A DNA stretch of 64,000 nt from a virus. Position 1 is the first letter of the stretch; each line of letters opens with the position of its first letter. The stretch spans positions 1-64,000 of the IMG/VR virus record IMGVR_UViG_3300000234_000002; one strand, given 5' to 3'. Positions 10,095-19,623 of the stretch are shown one piece after another. The notes under the pieces were generated by a model. That model searched no databases. It had not been told where the DNA came from and worked only from the letters and a program-made list of their open reading frames with translations. A program made the position numbers and the translations under genes.

Positions 10095-10943
10095 TTAACC
10101 TGTTAAACCGTCATCACCACCACTTCGAACAAAGTCTGGTATAGGAGGCGGAACTCTTACTCTTCCATTTTCAACTCCTCCACCATCTTCAACGTCACCA
10201 TTTATGTCATCGTCAGGGTTATACTCACCTATATTCTCCAATATTGCTTGCTGTTGAACAGGTTCAGGTTCAGGTTCAACAGCAACCTGTTGGACCGGAG
10301 ATGGACGTGAAGGAACTTGAAGAACCGTCGTTCCAGTTTCCAAAATTCCTATTTGATTTGTTGGAATTGTGTAAATAGTATTTTCTACTTCGAACTCCCA
10401 AGTGAGTTCAAAAGCGTAAGGAGTTGTGGCGGTCTCTTTAACACTGAAACTTGTGAAATGTCCTATAAAAGAACCTCTGTCGTAGAGGCACATAACACGA
10501 CCTCTTAAAACTGGTTGTCCTCTATCATTGAATATGCAGCCGTTGCCTCTAAAAAGTTCTATAAGATCTTCCATTCTTTCCCAAGCCATAGTATTTCTAC
10601 GGCTCGGATCAACACCATTCGGAGTCGAAAAGCTAGCAGTAGCTAGGCCACCATAAATGTTGAGAAAAGCACCAGTCGAAGCGGTGCACGATATAGTGTC
10701 GAGTTCGTCCACCCAAACGAACTCTATGAAAGCACCATAAGACATTTTAGTGCTTATGGATTTAGTCATTCTTTCATCTAAAGAATTTGGATTCGTGTGA
10801 AGTGCTAAAAAGACCTCAAATAATGGCTCTAAGGTTCCAGGACTAAGTATCTGAAATAACATCGGACGACCCTTACGAGAGGTATACCCGTAAGAGTCGT
10901 TTATCTTAGGATTCGGTACGTGTGGGAACTTTATGGTGGGCAT
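10095..10943 (-). CDS. tail tube initiator/baseplate tube-like protein
   Basis: LHTNPNSL..W..ELDTISCTAST..FIGHFTSFSVKE..PYAFELTWEF; immediately downstream of tape measure. Confidence 0.6.
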   Translation of the reverse strand: MPTIKFPHVPNPKINDSYGYTSRKGRPMLFQILSPGTLEPLFEVFLALHTNPNSLDERMTKSISTKMSYGAFIEFVWVDELDTISCTASTGAFLNIYGGLATASFSTPNGVDPSRRNTMAWERMEDLIELFRGNGCIFNDRGQPVLRGRVMCLYDRGSFIGHFTSFSVKETATTPYAFELTWEFEVENTIYTIPTNQIGILETGTTVLQVPSRPSPVQQVAVEPEPEPVQQQAILENIGEYNPDDDINGDVEDGGGVENGRVRVPPPIPDFVRSGGDDGLTG

Positions 10944-10945
10944 TT

Positions 10946-13900
10946 TTACTGTTGTTTATAGAGACTATGAACAGCGTCACGTATTTCAGCCGCTGAAGCT
11001 TGAGAATTCACATTTATGGTTGCGTTCACATTAACAACTTTGGAACCAGAACCACCAGAACCACCAGAACCACTTACTAACACACCACCCTTCGGAACAA
11101 CATACTCGCCCGCATGCACTTTAGCGACTTGATCGTAATTTACAGAACCACCGGTATCAAATGATGGTCCTTTCCAGTCACCCTTAATTCCAAATCTTTC
11201 TTTCTGTTCTTTACCGTTAAGCCAACTTTGGGTCATAGTCATAGCGTCAACAGCGCTTGTTATACCGCCTTCTTCAAATTGTGGTTTCCATTTATCAACT
11301 GTTGCAGCATCAGTTAATAGAGCAAATTCAAATAAAGCAGTTCTGAAAGATTCTAAAGTAGATTCTTTTATTACATTCTTATACTTTCCTTCAGTAAACT
11401 GAGGGTCGAGCTTAATGCCCTTATAAAGATGCTTTTCTATTTTTGAAAGTAAACTATTTGAATCATCAGCATTTTCAGCTGTAGAAACAGCAGCTTCAGT
11501 AGAGTCAAGAATTTCTTCGTGAGTTTTTTCAGCAACTTTGGCTGCATCTTCCTGAGTTTTTACGACTTCTTTAGTTGGACCTGAAGCAGAAGTTGCAGGA
11601 TTTGTGGTGGTAACAGCTCCTGGAACAGCAGAAGGAGCCCCACTAATTGGTAAACTTTGGTCTGTTAAATCACTAACATTTTTAACTTTAGATAAGTCAA
11701 CGATTTTTTTTGCATTAGCAGCGTTAGTTTCAGCAATTTTTTCCTGTGCAGTTTTTGAACGAGTCGTATCAGCTGGATCTCTTTTAGTTTTAAGACCAGC
11801 TGCTTTATCCTTAGCTTCTTGTGAAGTAAGACCTCTTTCGGCCATCCTACCAGAAAGATGAAGAACGTTTTCACCAACCCCGCCATTACCTTCCCAGTCT
11901 TTTAACTCATCGAGAAGTTTCAAAACTGGTGCTATGTCACCAGTTTCTGAAGCGGTAATTTGCGCTTTACTTATTTTTTCAGAATATTCTCTAGATTGAG
12001 TCCCGGTATATTTATACCCTCTAGCCATATTTTCCATGACCTTTTTAAAACCTTTAGGATCCATAGATGTTATAGTTTCTTTTAAAGAAGAAGAACTTGA
12101 AAGATCCTGAACTAGTTTATCGCCTGTATGGCCCTTCGCGGAGCCTTTTTTAACTTCAGCATTTACTATATCCAAAAATTGGTCACCACCAGCTTTTTTC
12201 CATGTTTGATCATTACGATTTACAGCATAAGCCTTTAGATTATCTGTTATCTCGTCTGCTTTTTTGACTTGCTTCTGCCCGCCGTCTTTCCATAATCCAA
12301 AAACACCAGCTACCAATTGATCCAAATAATCTGCAAGAGGATCTAAAACACGAAGAATTTGTTCTAAAAGGAAAGATATAACGTTATCTATTTTATCGCC
12401 GATAGAAGATGTTACGTTATATTGTTCTTGGCCTAAGTCAAAAATTTTCTTGTTATCTTTTGAAAGTTCTTGCGCCCTAACAGTAGCTTCCAAAATTTCA
12501 TCTTTGGAAACTGTTTTCATATCGTCTAAAGTAAGTTGGTCAACAGATTTTTTAGTTCTTCTAGATACTATTTCAGCAAGAGCAGTATTTAGGGTTCTAT
12601 CTTCAGTTCCACCAGTTTCCTTAATGAGAGATGTGTTACCTGCTAAATTTTCGTCCATACTTCTTAGAGCTTCATATTGTTCATTACTCATTCCTTTGCT
12701 AATAACATATTCTTGTAGTCCATCAAAACCTGTTCCAAATCTTTGTGATAATTCTTTCATTATCTTATAATTCGCCATCATACCAGCACCAGACATGGCG
12801 GTAGTGATGTTAAGAGCATCACCTTTTTGTCTCGCGCCTTCGTAGCGAGCTAATTTCTGAGCACTTCCTATCTGTGCACCATCTATAGTTTCACCTTGAG
12901 CGGAAGCATTTTTTCTTGCTTTTGCTAACATGTTAGCAGTGGCTTTTTCTCCACCTTTTATTGCTTTGGTAAAATCTTCTTCGTTAACCCCATATTTAGA
13001 AAAATTTTTAGCCATAGAGCGAGCTTTAGAGTCAAAGTCCTTTGCTAGGATACCAGAGACTTTTCCAACACCAACTTTTAAAGCGGTTCCGAGTCTTTGT
13101 TTGAAGTCCATACCCTTAAAACTTGCTGAAAAAGAATCTGTGAAATTCTTAACGTCTTTAGAACTCATGGTCTTTGAAAGTAAACGAATAGTTCCCGTAA
13201 GTTCTTCAAGTCTGTTTTGGTAAGTTTCCATATCCGGGATGACACTGTGGAAAATCCCCATGAATTTGGAAACTGGCATATTGGCAGCAGCAGCACCTCT
13301 TACTATTTCACCAAGAGCATCAATTGACGCTTCTCTCGTATAACCAAGTTCTTGGTTTAAATGGCCCATCATAACAGTTGCGTCTTCAGCAGACATACCT
13401 AATGCCTGACCGAAAACCATGGCGGATTTTGCTAATTTCTCGATACCTTCGTCTAAATTACCATCACCAATTTTATGAAGGTCGTTTTGTAACTGTTGTA
13501 TGGAACCTCCGGTTTCTCTTGCGAAGGTTCCGATAATTTTAGAAGTGAGTTCAGAGTTACCACCAAAAGCCCTCATGGACCAATCAGCAGCGCGAACTCC
13601 TTCTCTAAGATTTGCTAAACTCTTTCTATATGCTTCTGATCCAGCTCCTGCGTCTTTAGCTATTGAAGTTCCTGCAGTAAGCTCACGATTCAATTTAGCT
13701 GAAGCCTGAGAAGTCATTTCAATTACTTTTATAAAAACAGAAATAGCTGCAACAGCAATACCCATGACTCCGGCAAATTTAGCAAGATTCCCAGAAAGGC
13801 CACCAACCATGGCAGCCATATCACCACCAGCAGCCGCACTCGCAGCTCCAGCTCCACCACCACCACCTCCGCCAGCACCACCCGCAGCCCTAGCGGCACC

Positions 13901-14512
13901 CCCAATTCCCTTAGCTATCCCTCCGGCTGAAATTGGTGACTTGCTTCTAAAACCCTTTATAATGTTTGACATCCCACCCGCACCTCGGGTGAGATTCGAT
14001 ATGACGCTCTTTAATCCTCTTCCACCACCACCTTGGAGACCATCTCTTAGAAGATTAGGAAGTGAACTCCCTAACTCTTTAACACCAGATTTCAACGTCC
14101 TTCTTAAGTCAGAAACATAACGTTCCTGAGCTTGTATCATATTTTTAGTTGAACGAATTTGCTTTTGTAGAAGAGCGTTATGCTGTCCTATATTTCTATT
14201 TTGCTTAGTTGATAACTTATCTTTGTTTTTATCGGACCCTATACCAGCGGGACCGCCACCTTTGGCTCTAGCTTTACCACCACCTCCACCACCTGAAGCT
14301 AAACCTTTAGCAGACTTTCCGACTTCATCTGATACTCTTCGAATGTTCCTAATAACTGGACCTGAATTTTTAGATATGCCTTTTAAGGCTTCAGTTATAT
14401 TAAGTAAATTTTTCTCTAGATTTTTAAGATCACGAATAGTATTAGCAGTCGCCCTTTTATCTAATTCGGGTACTACTGGTATTTTTATATTGATTTTTTC
14501 TTTGCTTGCCAT
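10946..14512 (-). CDS. tail tape measure protein
   Basis: 1188 aa, Ala/Gly/Lys-rich and helical; C-terminal FDTGG..AKVHAGEYVVP..VNVNATINVN motif typical of tape measures; follows tube and chaperones. Confidence 0.85.
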   Translation of the reverse strand: MASKEKINIKIPVVPELDKRATANTIRDLKNLEKNLLNITEALKGISKNSGPVIRNIRRVSDEVGKSAKGLASGGGGGGKARAKGGGPAGIGSDKNKDKLSTKQNRNIGQHNALLQKQIRSTKNMIQAQERYVSDLRRTLKSGVKELGSSLPNLLRDGLQGGGGRGLKSVISNLTRGAGGMSNIIKGFRSKSPISAGGIAKGIGGAARAAGGAGGGGGGGAGAASAAAGGDMAAMVGGLSGNLAKFAGVMGIAVAAISVFIKVIEMTSQASAKLNRELTAGTSIAKDAGAGSEAYRKSLANLREGVRAADWSMRAFGGNSELTSKIIGTFARETGGSIQQLQNDLHKIGDGNLDEGIEKLAKSAMVFGQALGMSAEDATVMMGHLNQELGYTREASIDALGEIVRGAAAANMPVSKFMGIFHSVIPDMETYQNRLEELTGTIRLLSKTMSSKDVKNFTDSFSASFKGMDFKQRLGTALKVGVGKVSGILAKDFDSKARSMAKNFSKYGVNEEDFTKAIKGGEKATANMLAKARKNASAQGETIDGAQIGSAQKLARYEGARQKGDALNITTAMSGAGMMANYKIMKELSQRFGTGFDGLQEYVISKGMSNEQYEALRSMDENLAGNTSLIKETGGTEDRTLNTALAEIVSRRTKKSVDQLTLDDMKTVSKDEILEATVRAQELSKDNKKIFDLGQEQYNVTSSIGDKIDNVISFLLEQILRVLDPLADYLDQLVAGVFGLWKDGGQKQVKKADEITDNLKAYAVNRNDQTWKKAGGDQFLDIVNAEVKKGSAKGHTGDKLVQDLSSSSSLKETITSMDPKGFKKVMENMARGYKYTGTQSREYSEKISKAQITASETGDIAPVLKLLDELKDWEGNGGVGENVLHLSGRMAERGLTSQEAKDKAAGLKTKRDPADTTRSKTAQEKIAETNAANAKKIVDLSKVKNVSDLTDQSLPISGAPSAVPGAVTTTNPATSASGPTKEVVKTQEDAAKVAEKTHEEILDSTEAAVSTAENADDSNSLLSKIEKHLYKGIKLDPQFTEGKYKNVIKESTLESFRTALFEFALLTDAATVDKWKPQFEEGGITSAVDAMTMTQSWLNGKEQKERFGIKGDWKGPSFDTGGSVNYDQVAKVHAGEYVVPKGGVLVSGSGGSGGSGSKVVNVNATINVNSQASAAEIRDAVHSLYKQQ

Positions 14513-14521
14513 TTATAATTT

Positions 14522-15652
14522 TCAAGTCTTATCGAAGGTTTCGGGGTTGCTCAAATCAGCAAGTGATTTGTTGAAATTCTCTCTCTTTATTTCTTTCAGT
14601 CTATTAATTCTCTCCATGTATTCCTTAGCAGCTTGAGAATTACCAATAGATCTTGAACCGTCTTGGCTTTCAAGGTTGAGAGAGAATAATTTATGCTTTT
14701 GGGAATCTATTTCCTTGGACCTTCCTTCCATTTCCTTCATCTTCTGGTCCATCACCATGTCGTGATAGTCCTTCTCACCGGAAAGAGCGGAGGAAAGCTG
14801 CTCGGCTAGTTCTTCAGCAGTTTCAGCCTTGAACTTATTGACGACTGTGGCTAAACGACCATCCGGGAGATAAATTTTGCTCTCATATTCTTCGCCCTCT
14901 TTATCGATTTTATTCAAATAACGATAAAGAACTTTCATTTTAAGTTCTTCTCGTTCTTGTTTCTCTTTATTTATACGACCTTTATCTTTTTCATCAATGG
15001 ACTTGATGGCTTTACCACCAGCCATGCAAGATCCTACGAATTTAGCGTTAGCCCAATCTCTTTCAACTTCTTCTTTGGTATCTACTATATGGTTGAGTGA
15101 TACCCACATTTGTTGGGTTGAAGTAAGACCTAAATGATCGGTTCCTGGAACACCTGTATTTAAATGTGAGTTTATTGGTGAACCTATTATATGGAGCCAT
15201 TTAAACCTTGAACGATTTTCATAGGTATAAACCTCGGTTAAAGGAAAAAGTCTGTTAGAACGTTCGTTAAGATAAGAAAGATTGTCTATTATTCTGTTTT
15301 GTTCAACTGGGGAAAGAGTTCCGATTATTCGGATTATTTTATCTATATGATTTGGTCTTTCATAAAGAACATTCACACCATTTATCATGAAAACGCTGTG
15401 AGCTATTAAACGAATTCGAAATGAAGTATCTGATTCGAATTTTGAAGAACGAACTGGTTTTGCATAACTTATTAATTTAATTTCATTTTGATTTATGGTT
15501 TTGAAAACAAAATGATGTTTTTTGACAATTGAAGTTGCTGTTAAAAAACCAGTGAATAAAAAATCTTCGAACTCTTTCCATACATCATCCGATACCTTTT
15601 TGTAGGTTTCGGGAACTGATATTACTATTTTCTTAGTTGTATTATCTGACAA
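14522..15652 (-). CDS. putative tail assembly chaperone
   Basis: Directly upstream of tape measure; FVFKT..IAHSVFMINGVN resembles the neighbouring gene. Confidence 0.5.
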   Translation of the reverse strand: MSDNTTKKIVISVPETYKKVSDDVWKEFEDFLFTGFLTATSIVKKHHFVFKTINQNEIKLISYAKPVRSSKFESDTSFRIRLIAHSVFMINGVNVLYERPNHIDKIIRIIGTLSPVEQNRIIDNLSYLNERSNRLFPLTEVYTYENRSRFKWLHIIGSPINSHLNTGVPGTDHLGLTSTQQMWVSLNHIVDTKEEVERDWANAKFVGSCMAGGKAIKSIDEKDKGRINKEKQEREELKMKVLYRYLNKIDKEGEEYESKIYLPDGRLATVVNKFKAETAEELAEQLSSALSGEKDYHDMVMDQKMKEMEGRSKEIDSQKHKLFSLNLESQDGSRSIGNSQAAKEYMERINRLKEIKRENFNKSLADLSNPETFDKT

Positions 15653-15658
15653 TTTAGA

Positions 15659-16510
15659 TCACGCTTTTTTGAACCTCGGATTAACAGAATGAGTTATGTT
15701 AGGGTCTAAAACTGGAGTGTTATTTACTTTGACCTTTGGCTCCAAAACGTCATTTCTGACCGGAACGTTTTTGGCTTCTGGGATGGGAGACTCTTCAATG
15801 AATGGAGCTTCGTCAGATTCCAAATCTTTTACGCTAAAAGGTGACTCTTGCACAACGACTTCTTCCTCCTCTTCATACTCTGAAGGTGGGTCTATCCTCT
15901 TGAAAGGATCAAAATCTTCTTTTTCTTCCTCAGTTGATTCTCCTTCTTCGGAAGATTCAGACTCCTCTTCAGACCCGGAACTTTCAACAAGTTTCGGCTT
16001 TCCGAGATTCTTTCTGAGTTCTTGGACTCTAGATTCAAGATCAGAGAGTTCAACTTCAGGGTCTTTGACGTTATCGAATTCTATGTCTTTTAAATTTGAC
16101 TTCTGGTGTGATTCCATGAGATCTGAGTAAACGGTGAATATGTCATCTATGAGCTGGGCTCCCCAATTTTTCATATACCCTTCAAGCATAATATTAAGAG
16201 GAACGCTTACCGTTTTTCCTTCTTTAGACTTTTGGGGGAAAGACGGTTTGAAATCACGAAATTTTAGAAAGTCTATATTATCAATTCCAGATATTGCGTA
16301 GCTTAGGGTTATGCGCTTAATTTCTATCATAATATTGGCGCCGAGTTCACGAGAGTTCATCATCTCGTTTATCTTAAACTGCGAAAAATAAGGAATTGGA
16401 GAAAGCTTGAAAACTTTCCCGGCAATTTTTCTGTTCCAAACAACATCGGAATTTCCGATGTTTGAAAGTTTGTCTTCTATTTCTTGAAAAAATGCACTAT
16501 CTATAGCCAT
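15659..16510 (-). CDS. putative tail assembly chaperone with acidic low-complexity tail
   Basis: Between tube and tape measure; VFKLSP..LSYAISGIDNID; Glu/Ser-rich C-terminus. Confidence 0.5.
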   Translation of the reverse strand: MAIDSAFFQEIEDKLSNIGNSDVVWNRKIAGKVFKLSPIPYFSQFKINEMMNSRELGANIMIEIKRITLSYAISGIDNIDFLKFRDFKPSFPQKSKEGKTVSVPLNIMLEGYMKNWGAQLIDDIFTVYSDLMESHQKSNLKDIEFDNVKDPEVELSDLESRVQELRKNLGKPKLVESSGSEEESESSEEGESTEEEKEDFDPFKRIDPPSEYEEEEEVVVQESPFSVKDLESDEAPFIEESPIPEAKNVPVRNDVLEPKVKVNNTPVLDPNITHSVNPRFKKA

Positions 16511-16515
16511 GTGTC

Positions 16516-16521
16516 ACTATA
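16516..16521 (-). promoter_or_regulatory. -10-like box (gTATAGT) 5 nt upstream of ATG 16510
   Basis: aagTATAGTgacacATG. Confidence 0.5.
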
Positions 16522-16558
16522 CTTAACTGAATCAGTTTTTAATGTAAAAGATAAAATA

Positions 16559-16678
16559 ATGAAGCCCTCGCAAGTTGCCACTGAACTCCGTAAAATTGCT
16601 GCCGCTATCGAGGCGTCGAAGACGCCTGATAAGACGAAGGTCGCGTCAGCCATAAAGGGTCTTGTAAAAAAGATCGCT
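16559..16678 (+). repeat. 120-bp leader repeat, copy A
   Basis: atgaagccctcgcaagttgccact...aaaaagatcgct; matches five other copies. Confidence 0.97.
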
Positions 16679-16810
16679 AATGACGAAATGACTGAAGAGG
16701 AAAAACTTTTAGAAAAAGGTATAACGCCTGGTCAAAGGAAAAAAACGGAAGCGCCTGGACATTCGACTGAAGAGCTAGAAGAAGACGGCGTATTCGACGA
16801 CGAATTTTGA
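16559..16810 (+). CDS. leader-family protein A (40-aa leader + 43-aa acidic cargo)
   Basis: Start revised to ATG 16559, where the shared leader begins; cargo has 15 D/E in 43 aa. Confidence 0.8.
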   Translation: MKPSQVATELRKIAAAIEASKTPDKTKVASAIKGLVKKIANDEMTEEEKLLEKGITPGQRKKTEAPGHSTEELEEDGVFDDEF

Positions 16811-16817
16811 GATAAGA

Positions 16818-16851
16818 AATTGTGGGGCCATAACTTTATGGCCCCACAATT
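16818..16851. terminator. perfect inverted repeat between convergent genes, probable bidirectional terminator
   Basis: aattgtggggccataa-ct-ttatggccccacaatt. Confidence 0.8.
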
Positions 16852-16854
16852 ATA

Positions 16855-17166
16855 TCACCACCTATAAATGGAACGTTCAGATCCCTGGTCGGGTTCAATA
16901 TCGTCATCTTCATCATTTGGTTTTATGATTTCGCGGCGTCTTATAGGATTTACAATTGTTACTGTTAATTTGAATTCAGGCTTAAAACTGTGGTTGCAAG
17001 TTCCGCAACCACAAGAAAGTATCCATATACCAGGACTTGGATTGGGATTTCCAACGTCAATGTCATAATCGTCAGCGTAAGTGTTAACATCATTTTTACA
17101 TTTTGGGCATGAAACAACACTTGGAAGTCCCAACATCATTTCTAGATTCAAATTATATCCCATCAT
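16855..17166 (-). CDS. small Zn-ribbon-like protein
   Basis: CPKC...CGTC; the upstream box gTATTAT favours the second ATG (17163). Confidence 0.6.
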   Translation of the reverse strand: MMGYNLNLEMMLGLPSVVSCPKCKNDVNTYADDYDIDVGNPNPSPGIWILSCGCGTCNHSFKPEFKLTVTIVNPIRRREIIKPNDEDDDIEPDQGSERSIYRW

Positions 17167-17185
17167 AAATAATACACCAAAAAGA

Positions 17186-17214
17186 TTTCAGGGGCGATAA
17201 TTTCGCCCCTGAAA
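17186..17214 (-). terminator. intrinsic terminator after the tail tube gene
   Basis: tttcaggggcga-N5-tcgcccctgaaa, followed by a T run on the minus strand. Confidence 0.8.
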
Positions 17215-17237
17215 CTCCGTGGAGACCGAATTTAAAA

Positions 17238-17930
17238 TTAACGAATACCACCACCGGGAACAGTGAAGAGACGAGATCCAGAACCGGGTTGGATGATCGG
17301 GTTGTTACCAGCGTCAAGGAGATCGCCGTAAGTATCAACCGAGTTACCAAAGTTCGTGAATCCGTCCGTCACGTCAGTTGCCATTGCCTGGCAATCTTCC
17401 AAAACGATGGCAGAATCGCCAGGGAAAGAAACCGAATAGCTGTTTATCCAGCAGGCTTCGAAGTATGTGACCATGGCGTAATTGGCACCATCAGTCTCAG
17501 TTGTCTTCTTGAAGATCGCCGCCTGATCGATGGCGGTCACAAGCTCCGAGAACACAAGCTCCGAGCGGATGTCAAACGGCCATTTGTGATGGCGAAGAGA
17601 GCGGACAAGACCATCAATACCACCTCTGTAACCGAGTTCCTGGACTATGCCAGCAGTGTACATGAGAGTGCGGTTGAGGGTCAAAGAAGCCGGTTCGGTA
17701 ACACCAGGAACGAGTTCCACAACTCGGTCACCGAAACCAACACCACGAACCGGATCGACTGAACGACTTTCCGAAAAGTCGAAAGTCGAAAGAACACCAA
17801 CTTGTTTCTGAGAAGGGGCTCCAGTGGTATAAGGCTTAGAAAAAACGCGATTCTTTTGGCTTATGGCCACCCTGGTGTTTGGTGAAGATCCTTTTCTATA
17901 AATCTGAGGTACGTCGGCTTCTCTTGACAT
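17238..17930 (-). CDS. tail tube protein
   Basis: VGVLSTFDFSESR..VRGVGFGD..ELVPG..LTLNR..PFDI..YFEACWINSYSVSF..E; SD (GAGGAG); GC-richer codons. Confidence 0.85.
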   Translation of the reverse strand: MSREADVPQIYRKGSSPNTRVAISQKNRVFSKPYTTGAPSQKQVGVLSTFDFSESRSVDPVRGVGFGDRVVELVPGVTEPASLTLNRTLMYTAGIVQELGYRGGIDGLVRSLRHHKWPFDIRSELVFSELVTAIDQAAIFKKTTETDGANYAMVTYFEACWINSYSVSFPGDSAIVLEDCQAMATDVTDGFTNFGNSVDTYGDLLDAGNNPIIQPGSGSRLFTVPGGGIR

Positions 17931-18010
17931 TTGGTCTCCTCATTCCAACAATAATCAAAAATTTATTTAATAAATGTGGAAATTTCAAATATTTTAGTGT
18001 AACCTATCAG

Positions 18011-18520
18011 ATGCTAATGCAAGACTGCTTGTCGACATATAAAGAGCGTGGACTTTGTTTCTTTTGGGATGGGATATTTTCTCAGTGGTATCCATCCCAA
18101 ATTCATTATAATGGGAATATATTTCAAACAGCTGAACATCTAATGATGTTTAATAAGGCCGAACTTTTTGAAGATTTCGAAACTCGAAATGAAATCTTGA
18201 AGTCTAAAACACCCAAAGAAGCCAAGAAGCTTGGGCGAAGTATCAAAAATTTCAACCAAAAAGTTTGGGATGAATGTAAATATCGTATTGTAGAACGTGG
18301 TAATATTTTAAAATTTACCCAACATCAAGATTTATTTAAAGAGTTATTTGCAACAAGATCAAAAATTCTTGTAGAAGCGTCCCCATACGACAAAATTTGG
18401 GGTATCGGTCTATCGGTCGAAGACCCAAAATCACTCGACCCGAATCAGTGGCTCGGAGAGAATCTATTAGGCTTCATACTTACGGACGTTCGAGATACTT
18501 TAATTCGAATTAAATTTTGA
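18011..18520 (+). CDS. NADAR (YbiA-like) family protein
   Basis: FSQWY..TAEHLMM..KA.LF.D..AKKLGR..W..GN..KFTQ..LVEASPYD.IWGIG..GENLLG..L..VR; start revised to ATG 18011 with box gTAACCT 5 nt upstream. Confidence 0.92.
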   Translation: MLMQDCLSTYKERGLCFFWDGIFSQWYPSQIHYNGNIFQTAEHLMMFNKAELFEDFETRNEILKSKTPKEAKKLGRSIKNFNQKVWDECKYRIVERGNILKFTQHQDLFKELFATRSKILVEASPYDKIWGIGLSVEDPKSLDPNQWLGENLLGFILTDVRDTLIRIKF

Positions 18521-18662
18521 CTTGTAGGTTTTTATTCTTCTATTGTTGAGTGATTTCACTTCATAAAATCGCCTTAGAGTCTAATATTGATCTGCTATTA
18601 TATTAAAAGCTATTCTTATAAAAGTTCTTGTTCAAATCTTTACCAAAACTTGGTCCTCTATC

Positions 18663-18701
18663 GGGTCAAGGTCAACAAGGTGAAATATATGACCTTGACC
18701 C
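18663..18701. terminator. 12-bp inverted repeat in a convergent intergenic region
   Basis: gggtcaaggtca-N15-tgaccttgaccc. Confidence 0.5.
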
Positions 18702-18799
18702 AAACACTGAACTTTAGATGATAACGTTCGTGAAGCCTTAACCTAATTATCTAAAGTTCAGTGAAATGGAAGACTTAGACAAATAGTGGTTTAGGATAA

Positions 18800-19270
18800 T
18801 CATCCTATAGCAGCTAACTCTTCAGCAACAGCTCTGGTAGCTCCACTCATTGGTCCTTCATAAACGGGAGCTTGACCCATGGCGTCTTGCTCACTCATAC
18901 CGGCGTAAATTTTTACGCCCCTAGGTGACTTTTCAACAAGCCAAACTGGAGATTCAGAGTTTACCCAAACCGAACCCCAACCAGCTTCGTATAAACCTTC
19001 CCCATCAACTACCATTCTATTACTTAAGGCGTTCCTCAGTCCATACTCGATGGTAATTTCTGGATAATTCGAAACAGTTCCCATGTCAACAGGGCATTCT
19101 TCGATTATGGAAGTGTTGAAATTAGAAATATTCAACACAGTCTCTGAAGCCGTGATTGACCTAATTATCTTCTTTAGCTCTTGTGCGACAACACCCCGTT
19201 CAGGTCGAACGGAATTTTGAATCTTTGCCGCTATTTTTCGGAGTTCGGATGCAACCTTGCTTGGTTTCAT
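18800..19270 (-). CDS. leader-family protein B (diverged leader + unrelated cargo)
   Basis: MKPSKVASELRKIAAKIQNSVRPERGVVAQELKKIIRSITA aligns without gaps to the consensus leader. Confidence 0.8.
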   Translation of the reverse strand: MKPSKVASELRKIAAKIQNSVRPERGVVAQELKKIIRSITASETVLNISNFNTSIIEECPVDMGTVSNYPEITIEYGLRNALSNRMVVDGEGLYEAGWGSVWVNSESPVWLVEKSPRGVKIYAGMSEQDAMGQAPVYEGPMSGATRAVAEELAAIG

Positions 19271-19323
19271 GTAAAAAATTATTAAAAAAATCTAAGTTTA
19301 GTTTGTTTATGTAAATTTAATAT

Positions 19324-19593
19324 ATGGCAGACTTAGACGGATTTGGTGCAGAAGTAGGGAAAAATTTCAAACATTATGTGTCGGAAAAGGGTAAAAATCT
19401 GACTCTTGATAATCTAAAAGAGTATAGAAGCGAAGGTTATAAACTAGATATTTTTAGCTATGAAGGAAAGATTGGGGATCTTGAAATATATGGTACTGAT
19501 TCAATCGTTCAAGAACCATGTATAATATTTGATGGAAAGAAGTTTTACTCTTTTAGAATCGCATTAAAAGCTATATCCGAAAAACTTACGTAA
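19324..19593 (+). CDS. hypothetical protein
   Basis: 89-aa ORF, box gTAAATT 6 nt upstream. Confidence 0.6.
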   Translation: MADLDGFGAEVGKNFKHYVSEKGKNLTLDNLKEYRSEGYKLDIFSYEGKIGDLEIYGTDSIVQEPCIIFDGKKFYSFRIALKAISEKLT

Positions 19594-19623
19594 ATTTTAT
19601 TTCAGTGTATTTATTATTTAATA

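Noticed and set aside
17538-17565. 13-bp direct repeat cacaagctccgag in the tube gene
   Set aside because: Simply encodes SELV-F-SELV; no sign of a separate function.
18521-18799. tRNA or ncRNA in the larger intergenic gaps (also 38536-38741)
   Set aside because: No cloverleaf or T-loop consensus recognisable by eye, only simple hairpins; tRNAscan-SE or Infernal would be needed to exclude one.
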